Part shown: positions 9,413 through 17,906 of the stretch, piece by piece
Layout: every line of letters starts with the position of its first letter
Position numbering within the stretch: position 1 is the stretch's first letter
Virus record (IMG/VR): IMGVR_UViG_3300032241_002818
Location: 1-46,015 of that record
DNA length: 46,015 nucleotides
DNA from: a virus
Taxonomy: Duplodnaviria; Caudoviricetes
Direction: 5' to 3' (one strand)
Notes under the pieces: generated by a model
Databases searched by the model: none
The model's input: the letters and a program-made list of their open reading frames with translations, nothing else
What the model was told of the DNA's origin: nothing
Position numbers and translations under genes: made by a program

Positions 9413-11152
9413 ATGGCATCATATAATTACCAAAACAACAATTCTGGGCAAGATTTCGGAATGCAAAACTCAGCTGTTGAAAATAAAGGTTTATTTAACC
9501 GAATATTGAGAAATTTATCAAATCATGGTATGAACTACGATGATATGATAATTAGAAATCAAGTTGGTATAGGAATAAACGAAGATCCATATGCATCAAA
9601 AGAAAACTCAATGTATTCTTTCTTTTCACAGAGAGCTGTTGCATCCGTTCTTAACAGAAAATCTGTACCATATTTAGATAAATCATATCCTGATAAAAGA
9701 AGAATTCTACGTGAATATTCTATAAAGGATGAAATTAGAGATTTCGTAAGTCAAGTAGCAGATGAATGTATAGTATATAATGATGATAGGGATTTCTGCT
9801 CACCAAGGATGTTATCTAATGATTACACACAGGATATACAAGACAAATACCAAGAGTATTTTGAAAAAGTATATAATAAATATGGATTTGCTGATAGTGT
9901 TACAGCTTGGAACATGATAAAAGATTTTTTAATTGATGGTTATGTAGCTGTTGAGATTGTATATGATGATAAAAAGAAAAACATAATAGCATTTAATAGA
10001 TTAAGACCCGAAACAATTGTACCAGCATATGAGCCAAATGTTGGTCATTTATGGATACAATTCCCAGAAGATCCACAGTTAAGAAGAATATTTTTAGATT
10101 CTCAAATTGTTTTTATTTCTTATTCTACGCAAAATGATTATTCAGAGACTTCATATGTTGAAGGTCTTATAAAACCATATAATCAACTTAAGATATTGGA
10201 GCAAACTAGAATAATGTTTAATATTATAAATGCTACTCTCTATCAAGAATTTAAAATTCCAATTAAAGGTCTTTCTAAGCAAAGAGCAGAGGAGCAAATA
10301 GGTCAACTTATACATGATTACTCAGAAGAAGTTGAGTGGGATGATTCTCTTGGGACGCTAACTATCAATGGATCTAAACACTTGCCATATAATAAGCAAA
10401 TATGGTTTCCCGAAGGTGATGCAGGATCACCATCTATGGAATTGAAATCACCTCAAGGACACGATTTAAATGAAGAAACCATGCTTAAATGGTTTCATCA
10501 AGCATTAAAAAGAGCTAGTAAAATTCCATTAAATCGCTTTGAGGGTGAATCAGGTGGTGGTAATCTAGTAACAGATGCATCTGAAATGACAAGAGATGAA
10601 ATTAAATTCCATAATTTTATTGGTAGACTTAGAGCAAATTTCAAAGAACTTATTGTCAAGCCAATAAAACTTCAGATGTTAATTGAATTTCCAGAATTAT
10701 CAAATGATGAGATATTTTTAAATCAAATGGATATAAACTTCTATTCTAATCAAGTATTTGAAGAGTGGAAAAAGTTAGGTAATTTAGAGAAAAAGGCAGG
10801 TATAGTAGGTACATTATTAGGTGTGATGAATGGTGATAAACCATATTTCCACATTGATTATATAATGGATCACGTATTCAAATTAACCCCAGAAGAAAAA
10901 GCAGAAAATCAAAAATATTGGGCAAAGGATGCAACTGCAATGGGTTCTGGTGTTCCAGGGGCACAAGGTGGGGCACAAGGTGGGGCACAAGGTGGAGTTC
11001 CAAGTATGGAAGGTGAAGCAGGTGGAGCACAAGGCGGAGTTCCAGGTATGGAAGGTGAAGCAGGTGGAGCACAAGGTGGAGCACAAGCACAAGCACCAGC
11101 ACAAGGTGGAGCACAAGCACCAGCACAAGGTGGTACTGAATTTGAGTTCTAA
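9413..11152 (+). CDS. Portal protein (T4 gp20-like) with G/A/Q-rich C-terminal tail
   Basis: FLIDG, SYVEGLIKPYNQLKILE, F..AL..ASKIPLNR and EMTRDEIKFHNFIGRLR gp20 motifs. Confidence 0.92.
   Translation: MASYNYQNNNSGQDFGMQNSAVENKGLFNRILRNLSNHGMNYDDMIIRNQVGIGINEDPYASKENSMYSFFSQRAVASVLNRKSVPYLDKSYPDKRRILREYSIKDEIRDFVSQVADECIVYNDDRDFCSPRMLSNDYTQDIQDKYQEYFEKVYNKYGFADSVTAWNMIKDFLIDGYVAVEIVYDDKKKNIIAFNRLRPETIVPAYEPNVGHLWIQFPEDPQLRRIFLDSQIVFISYSTQNDYSETSYVEGLIKPYNQLKILEQTRIMFNIINATLYQEFKIPIKGLSKQRAEEQIGQLIHDYSEEVEWDDSLGTLTINGSKHLPYNKQIWFPEGDAGSPSMELKSPQGHDLNEETMLKWFHQALKRASKIPLNRFEGESGGGNLVTDASEMTRDEIKFHNFIGRLRANFKELIVKPIKLQMLIEFPELSNDEIFLNQMDINFYSNQVFEEWKKLGNLEKKAGIVGTLLGVMNGDKPYFHIDYIMDHVFKLTPEEKAENQKYWAKDATAMGSGVPGAQGGAQGGAQGGVPSMEGEAGGAQGGVPGMEGEAGGAQGGAQAQAPAQGGAQAPAQGGTEFEF
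10950..11135 (+). repeat. Coding low-complexity repeats in the portal C-terminus (GAQG units and a 42-bp duplication)
   Basis: GCACAAGGTGG recurs many times; GGVP(S/G)MEGEAGGAQ occurs twice. Confidence 0.9.
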
Positions 11153-11166
11153 AAATAATACTAAAA

Positions 11167-11198
11167 TAAAAAACCTCTCATTTTTGAGAGGTTTTTTT
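11167..11198. terminator. Bidirectional intrinsic terminator
   Basis: AAAAAACCTCTCA-TTTT-TGAGAGGTTTTTTT between convergent genes. Confidence 0.85.
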
Positions 11199-11619
11199 AT
11201 GCAACATTATTTGGTAAATCTATATAGAAATAGTAAAAAACACCATCACTAAATTTCATTTTTATTTCCAATTTGATATCAGAATCTAATAGATTTTTAA
11301 TAATCTGACCATTGGGTGTGTTTAAAATTCTCCATTTTATTTTAAGTTTCTCAATAGTTTCATCCTTTAATGTTAAACTCATAGAAACTATGAAAATACA
11401 AGTCTTTGATAATAAAATATCAACTTCATCATTATATAAGAAGCCATATTCTGATATATCATCAATATCAAATTGTAATTTTGTATTACCCAAAAGATTA
11501 TTTAATCTAATTTCTCTTTTAAATACAACCCATTGATTATATTTTGATAAAACCCTTTCAAATTGTAATAGTGTTTCACCATTCAATTCCAAATCAGTTA
11601 TATGATATACATAATCCAT
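11197..11619 (-). CDS. Degenerate, probably inactive prohead-protease (gp21)-like protein with internal RxxR-Lxx-L motif
   Basis: RILNTPNGQIIKNLLDSDIKLEI matches the gp21-family ILxTPxGxIxKxLxxxGxxLGxSSR segment but lacks SSR and the catalytic His. Contains FKREIRLNNLLG. Confidence 0.5.
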   Translation of the reverse strand: MDYVYHITDLELNGETLLQFERVLSKYNQWVVFKREIRLNNLLGNTKLQFDIDDISEYGFLYNDEVDILLSKTCIFIVSMSLTLKDETIEKLKIKWRILNTPNGQIIKNLLDSDIKLEIKMKFSDGVFYYFYIDLPNNVA

Positions 11620-11993
11620 CAGAACCTAGTAAAGTTGATCTGTTTTTTAAATAAGTCTATTGAGTTAACAACAACTTTTATTGGATCACCTAATTGGATT
11701 TTATCACCCATTTGATTAAATATTAAATAGTGTTCCAAATCAACATTCCAATTACCACCAAGTGTGTCTAATCTAATCATCCCCTCACATTTATTTTCAA
11801 TAATCTCAACATATAGACCTCTTTCCAAAACACCAGTGACAATCCCATCAAATATTTGACCTATTTTATCTTGCAAATATTCAGCTTGTTTATATTTTAT
11901 AGAATCTCTTTGGGCTTTACTTGATAGATCCTCTCTTTTAGAGATATGCTTACATATCTCCTCTAATTTATTTTTATCTTTTAAATTATTCAT
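11619..11993 (-). CDS. rnr: RNase R C-terminal part (end of RNB helix plus S1 domain), encoded as a separate gene
   Basis: AQRDSIKYKQAEYLQDKIGQIFDGIVTGVLERGLYVEIIENKCEGMIR..LGDPIKV..KQINF is the S1 domain of RNase R. Confidence 0.85.
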   Translation of the reverse strand: MNNLKDKNKLEEICKHISKREDLSSKAQRDSIKYKQAEYLQDKIGQIFDGIVTGVLERGLYVEIIENKCEGMIRLDTLGGNWNVDLEHYLIFNQMGDKIQLGDPIKVVVNSIDLFKKQINFTRF

Positions 11994-12010
11994 AATAATT
12001 ATTTGTTTAT

Positions 12011-13576
12011 TTATTTTCTTGGATAACCATCATTGCCCAAAGCTAGTGATAATAACCGGTGTGAGTACAGGTCACTTGCGCGTCGTATTGGGCTAGTATA
12101 GTGACTGTAGTCCTCAAATCCCAAACCAAAATGTGGAATTTCCTCAGTAGAATAATATGCTTTCTTCATTGATCTAATAGTTAATGTACTCAATATATTT
12201 TCTTCGGGAGTATCTTTAATATTCTTTATTAATTTATTAAGCTCTTCTTTAGTTGTATCGGGATCACTTATATCTATATCATGTCCAAAATTCATAGCAA
12301 CTTTTTTAAGATTTAATAATTTTTCATCATCTGGGCTAGGGTGAACTCTATTAACACAAGGTAAATCTTTTGATTTTATAAATTTAGCAACTTCTTTATT
12401 AGCTAATAACATATATTCCTCAATTAATTTATTTGCATCTTTTTGTTCTTTGAAATACACACCAAGTGGTTTCCCATTCTCATCTAATTCAAATTTAACT
12501 TCTTTACCACCCATTTCAATTGAACCATCCTTAATCCTCTTCTTTCTTAATATTTTAGCAATTTTATCTAATTCTAATATGATATTATCAGTATCACTAC
12601 CATCACTACCATTTTCAATAACTTCTTGTGCTTGTTCATAGGAATAATCTTTATCAACATTTATAATTGTTCTACCAAACCATTTACTTTTTATCCCACC
12701 ATTATCATCAATACACACTGTTACTGTATAACACAGACGATCAGCACCTGATTTTAAACTACAAATCCCATTACTTAATCTATGTGGTAGCATTGGAATA
12801 CATCTATCAACTAAATATACACTTGTTCCTCGTTTAAATGCTTCTTTATCTAATTCAGTTCCTGGCTTTACATAATATGATACATCTGCTATATTAATTG
12901 ATATATATCTCTTACCGTCTACAAATTCAAGACTTATTGTATCATCTGCATCTTTGGAATCAAATGGATCTATACCAATAGTAGTTACATTTCTTAGATC
13001 TTTTCTTTTATCTATTTCTTTTTGGGGAATTACTTCTGATATTAATTCAGCTTCATTTAAAACCTCTTGTGGGAAATCAATAGGTAATCCATATTCATAC
13101 ATAATTGCATTCATTTCTGTATTATTTTCACCCACATTACCTAATATCTTTATTATTTTACCAATAGGGGATTTTGAGCCTTGTTCCCAATTTTGAAATT
13201 CCACTAAAACTTTTTGATTATCCTCTGCATCATGTTTTCCTTTAATATAAAAATCTACTTTTATTTTTGGATTATCTATAATAACAAATGTGTGATCTTT
13301 TTTAACTTGTGTTGTTCCTACGAATTCTGTTTTAAATCTCTCAATTACTTCAATGACCTTTGCTTCTATTTTTTTATCACCTTTAATCAAAGTAGCTTTA
13401 ACTTTATCAAGATGTAAAGCATTACCTGTTCTTTTTTTACTTACAAAAAATTCTTTACCATCAAATTTAACAGCAGCATTTCCGGATATACTAAACTCAA
13501 TTTGTGCTTCTACTACATCACCCTCATTATATTTACTCATCTTTTTTATTCTTTTTTGAGATATTATCCACACCAT
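12011..13576 (-). CDS. rnr: RNase R N-terminal part (cold-shock/OB domains plus RNB catalytic domain)
   Basis: IDPFDSKDADD catalytic motif, IADVSYYV, RGTSVYLVDR, LIEEYMLLAN, HFGLG..HYTSPIRR. The real start is probably the later Met (MSKYNEG, about 13540). Confidence 0.93.
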   Translation of the reverse strand: MVWIISQKRIKKMSKYNEGDVVEAQIEFSISGNAAVKFDGKEFFVSKKRTGNALHLDKVKATLIKGDKKIEAKVIEVIERFKTEFVGTTQVKKDHTFVIIDNPKIKVDFYIKGKHDAEDNQKVLVEFQNWEQGSKSPIGKIIKILGNVGENNTEMNAIMYEYGLPIDFPQEVLNEAELISEVIPQKEIDKRKDLRNVTTIGIDPFDSKDADDTISLEFVDGKRYISINIADVSYYVKPGTELDKEAFKRGTSVYLVDRCIPMLPHRLSNGICSLKSGADRLCYTVTVCIDDNGGIKSKWFGRTIINVDKDYSYEQAQEVIENGSDGSDTDNIILELDKIAKILRKKRIKDGSIEMGGKEVKFELDENGKPLGVYFKEQKDANKLIEEYMLLANKEVAKFIKSKDLPCVNRVHPSPDDEKLLNLKKVAMNFGHDIDISDPDTTKEELNKLIKNIKDTPEENILSTLTIRSMKKAYYSTEEIPHFGLGFEDYSHYTSPIRRASDLYSHRLLSLALGNDGYPRK

Positions 13577-13922
13577 ATTTTTCTATTAGTGTATTCTTCA
13601 TTTTTGATAATACCTTTTTATTTTGTATTGGATAATCTACTCCAAAATTTTTCCTTAATGTTTCTTTGCGTTTTGCCTCCGAACATTTTCTACAAAAGTA
13701 ATCACCCCAATTATTATCATATTTAAGATAATTTTTATAGATAACTTCTTTTTCCAATCCACAATTATTACACTTACATAATATCTTATGATGTGATCCC
13801 TTTGGTAATAGTTCAACTGGTATAGTAATAAATTCACCTATAGTCACATCATAACCAAAATCCACATAATGCTGATAATTTGATTCAATTATTTTAATTT
13901 CTATTTCTCTTGTTAATATCAT
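13533..13922 (-). CDS. Short Zn-ribbon + KYGV-repeat protein (homing-endonuclease-type DNA-binding module without a nuclease)
   Basis: CKCNNCG..CRKC, NFGVDYP, EKYGVDNISK. Similar to the N-terminus of 3628..5430. Confidence 0.65.
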   Translation of the reverse strand: MILTREIEIKIIESNYQHYVDFGYDVTIGEFITIPVELLPKGSHHKILCKCNNCGLEKEVIYKNYLKYDNNWGDYFCRKCSEAKRKETLRKNFGVDYPIQNKKVLSKMKNTLIEKYGVDNISKKNKKDE

Positions 13923-13940
13923 ATACTATATATATACATT

Positions 13941-15563
13941 TTAAGTAGATTGTTTGTATTTATATTTAATTTTTCCCGAATCATATATTTTATATAAACC
14001 TGTTGAAACTGTTTTCCTAAAATTAAATTTATGAATTCTGATATTATCTTTAATATAATGATAGTCAGGTTTTATTTCATATAACTTATAGAAACCTATC
14101 TTTTCATACACATCACCATAACTATAACTATTATCAGAGAATGTGGTTATTTCATCAGAATAATTATTTACAAAATATTTTAATAATTTACTAGCAGAAC
14201 CTTGCACAGTTGTATTTAGTTTATTACAGAATCTATTTAGATCCCAAACATTACCATTTTTTAGAAAACACATAATACTTACTAATACATCATTGTAATA
14301 CAAACCTATTTTTATAGTTGATCTAACATATCCTTGTATGTGATTTTCATTTAAGAATTTTTTAACTATTAGTATATCATCAATTTCTTTTACTATACAT
14401 TTTCTAGAACCGATCTTATCCACATTTAGTTTTAATTTATTTGATATGAATGATTTTATTATATTTTGTTTATTATCCCAATCATCCTCCCAAATATGTA
14501 TCAATTGAATATTATTTATCTGACACATATCAGTTTTCATTTTGTGATAATTCCTACCTTTATATAATTCACTATGCCAATATAAACCATTAAACTCAAT
14601 AGCTATATTTTCATTTGGTAAATATATATCTAATTCTTTATTATCAATTCTATGATTTTCTAATATTTCACCACTATATATACTTTTAATGTAATTGCTA
14701 AGCATTATTTCTTTCCCAGATTGATGCTTAACCACTTTATTACAATTGGTACATATTATAGTATTTGTTTCCCTTCTTTTATAAAAGAGCATATAACTTA
14801 TCATAAAGTTGGTATTACAAGTATCACAATATATCTCAAATAATCTATTTACAGAATCTATTTTTTGGATATTTTTATTCTCATTTAATATTTTTTTATG
14901 TGATGTTTCTATATTACTTGTTTTTATCTTATCCTTGATAATTTCTGATTTAGATGGGTTATCTACACCATATTTCTCAATATTAGTTAATTTAGACTTT
15001 TCCTTAAAGTATGTACTTTGAAATAAAAAATCTACACCATATTTCTCATTATTTTCATTTTTAATTCTTTCCCTATGTTTTTCATCTTGTGTGATATAAG
15101 CATATCCATTATTTGATATTGATGTTTCAATCTTCTTATTATGAACCCAGTCAAGTTTTGATACATTATCCACACCATATTTCTCAATATTATTCTTTCT
15201 AATAGTATCAATTGATTCTTTCTTTTTCATATAATGCTCAACGCCATATTTCTCAATATTAGTTTCAATCTTTTTATTTTTTATATATTCTAACTTTGAT
15301 ACATTATCCACACCATATCTATCTAATGTTGTTTTTTTTATCTTATCCTTAACAGAATCTAATTGGAACACATTATCCACACCATATTTCTCAATATTAT
15401 TCTTCTTTAGTTTACAATTTCGACATAAATATTCACCATTAGAATATCCATAAGAGGTATATAATTTATATTTTATTTTTTTATCAATACCACAACAATC
15501 ACATATTACATCAATTTCAACATTGCTCCATTTACCCAAACCTCCCAAATTACTAATAATCAT
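13941..15563 (-). CDS. Free-standing homing-endonuclease-like protein (KYGV repeats, PD-(D/E)xK nuclease, Hef-like C-domain)
   Basis: Several NIEKYGVDNVSK repeats; ELDIYLP..IAIEFNGLYWHS; IHIWEDDW; FLNENHIQG. Confidence 0.7.
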   Translation of the reverse strand: MIISNLGGLGKWSNVEIDVICDCCGIDKKIKYKLYTSYGYSNGEYLCRNCKLKKNNIEKYGVDNVFQLDSVKDKIKKTTLDRYGVDNVSKLEYIKNKKIETNIEKYGVEHYMKKKESIDTIRKNNIEKYGVDNVSKLDWVHNKKIETSISNNGYAYITQDEKHRERIKNENNEKYGVDFLFQSTYFKEKSKLTNIEKYGVDNPSKSEIIKDKIKTSNIETSHKKILNENKNIQKIDSVNRLFEIYCDTCNTNFMISYMLFYKRRETNTIICTNCNKVVKHQSGKEIMLSNYIKSIYSGEILENHRIDNKELDIYLPNENIAIEFNGLYWHSELYKGRNYHKMKTDMCQINNIQLIHIWEDDWDNKQNIIKSFISNKLKLNVDKIGSRKCIVKEIDDILIVKKFLNENHIQGYVRSTIKIGLYYNDVLVSIMCFLKNGNVWDLNRFCNKLNTTVQGSASKLLKYFVNNYSDEITTFSDNSYSYGDVYEKIGFYKLYEIKPDYHYIKDNIRIHKFNFRKTVSTGLYKIYDSGKIKYKYKQST

Positions 15564-15618
15564 ATATCAATTATATATGATTTTTATTCAATTGTTTATC
15601 ATTAAAAAAATATGATTA

Positions 15619-15668
15619 CTATAAAAAATCCACACATCATTTTTATAGGAAAATTCAATAGATATATA
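15619..15668 (+). promoter_or_regulatory. Head-gene promoter: 17-bp upstream box, ATAGG and TATATA core
   Basis: CTATAAAAAATCCACAC (15619-15635) is identical to 17827-17843. TATATA starts 44 nt after the box start in both. Confidence 0.7.
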
Positions 15669-15698
15669 CTCTAACACATAAAAAAAATAATTTATCAC

Positions 15699-17825
15699 AT
15701 GAAACCAGTTTTGATAGTTGAAAACTCTATTAATTCTCTTATTAGAGAAAATAATAGTACTGGTAAGAAGGATTATGTCTTGAATGGTACATTTACGGAA
15801 TTTAATATTAAAAATCGTAATGAACGTATCTACACAGCAGACAAATTTCTTCCTGCTTTAGAGGAGATGAATGAAAGAATGAGCAACCTTGGTGTTGTTT
15901 ATGGTGAATTTGACCATCCGGACGTATTCGATACCTCGCTTTCAAGAGCTTCTCACGTAATTACAAAAGCTAATTACGTAAAAGAATCAAACTTAGTTGC
16001 TGGTGAAATCAGATTATTAAGCACTTATTGGGGAAAAGAAGCAAAGGCACTTGTTGATGACAATTGCCCTCTTTTTGTTTCATCAAGAGCTGCTGGTATA
16101 ACAGAATCTGATGGAACTGTATCATTGAAGAAATTGTTTACTTATGATATCGTTGCTGATCCTGGATTTGCTTCTGCTAAAATGAGTGTAACAGTTCTTA
16201 ATGAATCACTAGGTTATAAAGACCCACAATCTAACTTTAGGATATATGAATTATCTGACGAGTCAAAAACAGAAGAGTTATTTAACATGAACAAAAATGA
16301 ATTTGTTACGAAACAACAATTAACTGATTACTCACAGTATTTAGTTAAAGAATTGGCTTCTACTAAAAAAGTAGTAAATAGCGCAATTACAAAGGGTAAT
16401 GTTAACCCTAAAAAATTAGAGCAACTTTTAGAATATTACGATGAGTTGAACCAAACTAACACACAAGTTGTTAAATATTTAGATTATTTAGCTGAGAAAG
16501 TTCAAATAATGGTTAATGAAAATAAATCATTAAAAGAAACTACTGAAAAACTTATTGAACATAATGATTATTTAGCTGAAAATTTAGAGAAAGCTGTTAG
16601 TTATTCAGAATATTTAGCTGAAAACTTGGATAAGAACATTGCTTATTCCGAATATGTTGCTGAAAATTTAGATAGAAATATCTCTTATTCTGAATATATT
16701 GCTGAAAATTTAGATAAAAACATTTCTTATGCAGAGTATTTAGCTGAAAACTTAGATAGAAACATTGGTTACTCTGAGTATATTGCTGAAAATTTAGAAA
16801 AGAATATTGCTTATGCTGAATACATTGCTGAAAATTTAGATAAAAATATTGCTTATTCTGAGTATATCGCTGAAAATGTAGAGAAGTCAATTGATTATTC
16901 AGAATATTTAGCTGAACACGTTGAAGGTAATATTGCTTATTCTGAGTATATCGCTGAAAATTTAGACGAAAATATTGCTTATTCTGAGTATATCGCTGAA
17001 AACTTAGATAAAACAATTTCTTACACAGGTCTAATCACTGAAAAATTAAATGGTGGTAAATTAAATGAATCTCACGAAGATGCATTCCCATCATTGAGCG
17101 CACACGGATTTGAATCTCACGAAGATGAGGAAGAAGAGGAAGAAGGTGTTCATGGTGAAGAAGAAAACCACGAAGGTCATGAAGATGCTCAAGAAGAGGA
17201 AGAAAATGGTATTGCTGAGGTAACACCAGAACACGCTCACGCACACGATGATAATGAAGATGATGAAGAAGAATGTGGTACTAGTTATGAATTTAACGGT
17301 AACTCTGATTCTGAATTATCTGAATCTATTGATAAATTAATTGAAGAAGCTAGTAAACGAAAAGTTTCTGAAACATCTGATTTGAATTTCTTGAAATTCT
17401 TATCTAAATCACAAGTTGATAGCTATTATGCTTTGACTAACGAAGAACAAGAAGCAGTTAAACTTCACATAAACGAAAGAAGTTACTTCTCACAAAAAGA
17501 AGTATTGTCATTGATCTCTGAGTCTTTATCAACTAAAAACGAAACTCTTGAAGAAAGAGTAATCAGATTAATGCCAGAAAACACAGTGGCTATCTGGAAT
17601 GAGTTAAACGAAACAGCTAAAAAATCTATCCTTTCACAAGCTAGATTATACCCAGCTGATGTTTTAACTACAGAATCACAAATTGAGCATTTCTGGAATA
17701 CTAGAAATCTTAAGAAAAATGAATCAACTACAAAAAAATTAGTTTCTCACGAGGCATTAATTCAAGAGGATAAATTGTCTGATAGTGATGTAACTGCTAT
17801 TATGGAAAGATTCAAAAACATTTAA
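15699..17825 (+). CDS. Prohead protease (T4 gp21-like) fused to a scaffold/core region
   Basis: NRNERIY, GEFDHP, SH, VSSRAAG and TYDIVADPGFASA protease motifs in the first ~175 aa, followed by coiled-coil 14-aa repeats and an acidic/His-rich linker. Confidence 0.9.
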   Translation: MKPVLIVENSINSLIRENNSTGKKDYVLNGTFTEFNIKNRNERIYTADKFLPALEEMNERMSNLGVVYGEFDHPDVFDTSLSRASHVITKANYVKESNLVAGEIRLLSTYWGKEAKALVDDNCPLFVSSRAAGITESDGTVSLKKLFTYDIVADPGFASAKMSVTVLNESLGYKDPQSNFRIYELSDESKTEELFNMNKNEFVTKQQLTDYSQYLVKELASTKKVVNSAITKGNVNPKKLEQLLEYYDELNQTNTQVVKYLDYLAEKVQIMVNENKSLKETTEKLIEHNDYLAENLEKAVSYSEYLAENLDKNIAYSEYVAENLDRNISYSEYIAENLDKNISYAEYLAENLDRNIGYSEYIAENLEKNIAYAEYIAENLDKNIAYSEYIAENVEKSIDYSEYLAEHVEGNIAYSEYIAENLDENIAYSEYIAENLDKTISYTGLITEKLNGGKLNESHEDAFPSLSAHGFESHEDEEEEEEGVHGEEENHEGHEDAQEEEENGIAEVTPEHAHAHDDNEDDEEECGTSYEFNGNSDSELSESIDKLIEEASKRKVSETSDLNFLKFLSKSQVDSYYALTNEEQEAVKLHINERSYFSQKEVLSLISESLSTKNETLEERVIRLMPENTVAIWNELNETAKKSILSQARLYPADVLTTESQIEHFWNTRNLKKNESTTKKLVSHEALIQEDKLSDSDVTAIMERFKNI
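16569..17030 (+). repeat. Eleven tandem 42-bp (14-aa) coding repeats, consensus YIAENLDKNIAYSE
   Basis: Counted 11 units starting Y[LIV]AE. Variation is mostly synonymous or conservative. Confidence 0.95.
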
Positions 17826-17826
17826 T

Positions 17827-17876
17827 CTATAAAAAATCCACACTTGCTAAAAATAGGTAAAATAGGGAAATATATA
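17827..17876 (+). promoter_or_regulatory. Major capsid promoter: second copy of the 17-bp box, ATAGG and TATATA
   Basis: CTATAAAAAATCCACAC 17827-17843, ATAGG 17853-17857, TATATA 17871-17876. Same offsets as upstream of the protease gene. Confidence 0.7.
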
Positions 17877-17906
17877 GAATATTAAAAAAAAAATAAAAAA
17901 TAAATT

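Noticed and set aside
10878-11252. Overlapping ORFs 10878..11126(-), 10883..11128(-) and 10929..11252(+)
   Set aside because: Shadow frames of the portal's low-complexity GAQG repeats.
11994-12013. Programmed frameshift or readthrough joining the two RNase R ORFs
   Set aside because: TAA stop, a 17-nt out-of-frame spacer resembling a normal start context, and no clear slippery site with a stimulator. Cannot be fully excluded without proteomics.
16569-17030. 42-bp periodic repeats as a possible CRISPR array
   Set aside because: The units are contiguous with no unique spacers, in frame, and vary mainly at synonymous positions: a coding repeat.
16597-17244. Minus-strand ORFs 16597..17016 and 17035..17244
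   Set aside because: Antisense shadows of the scaffold repeats and acidic linker.
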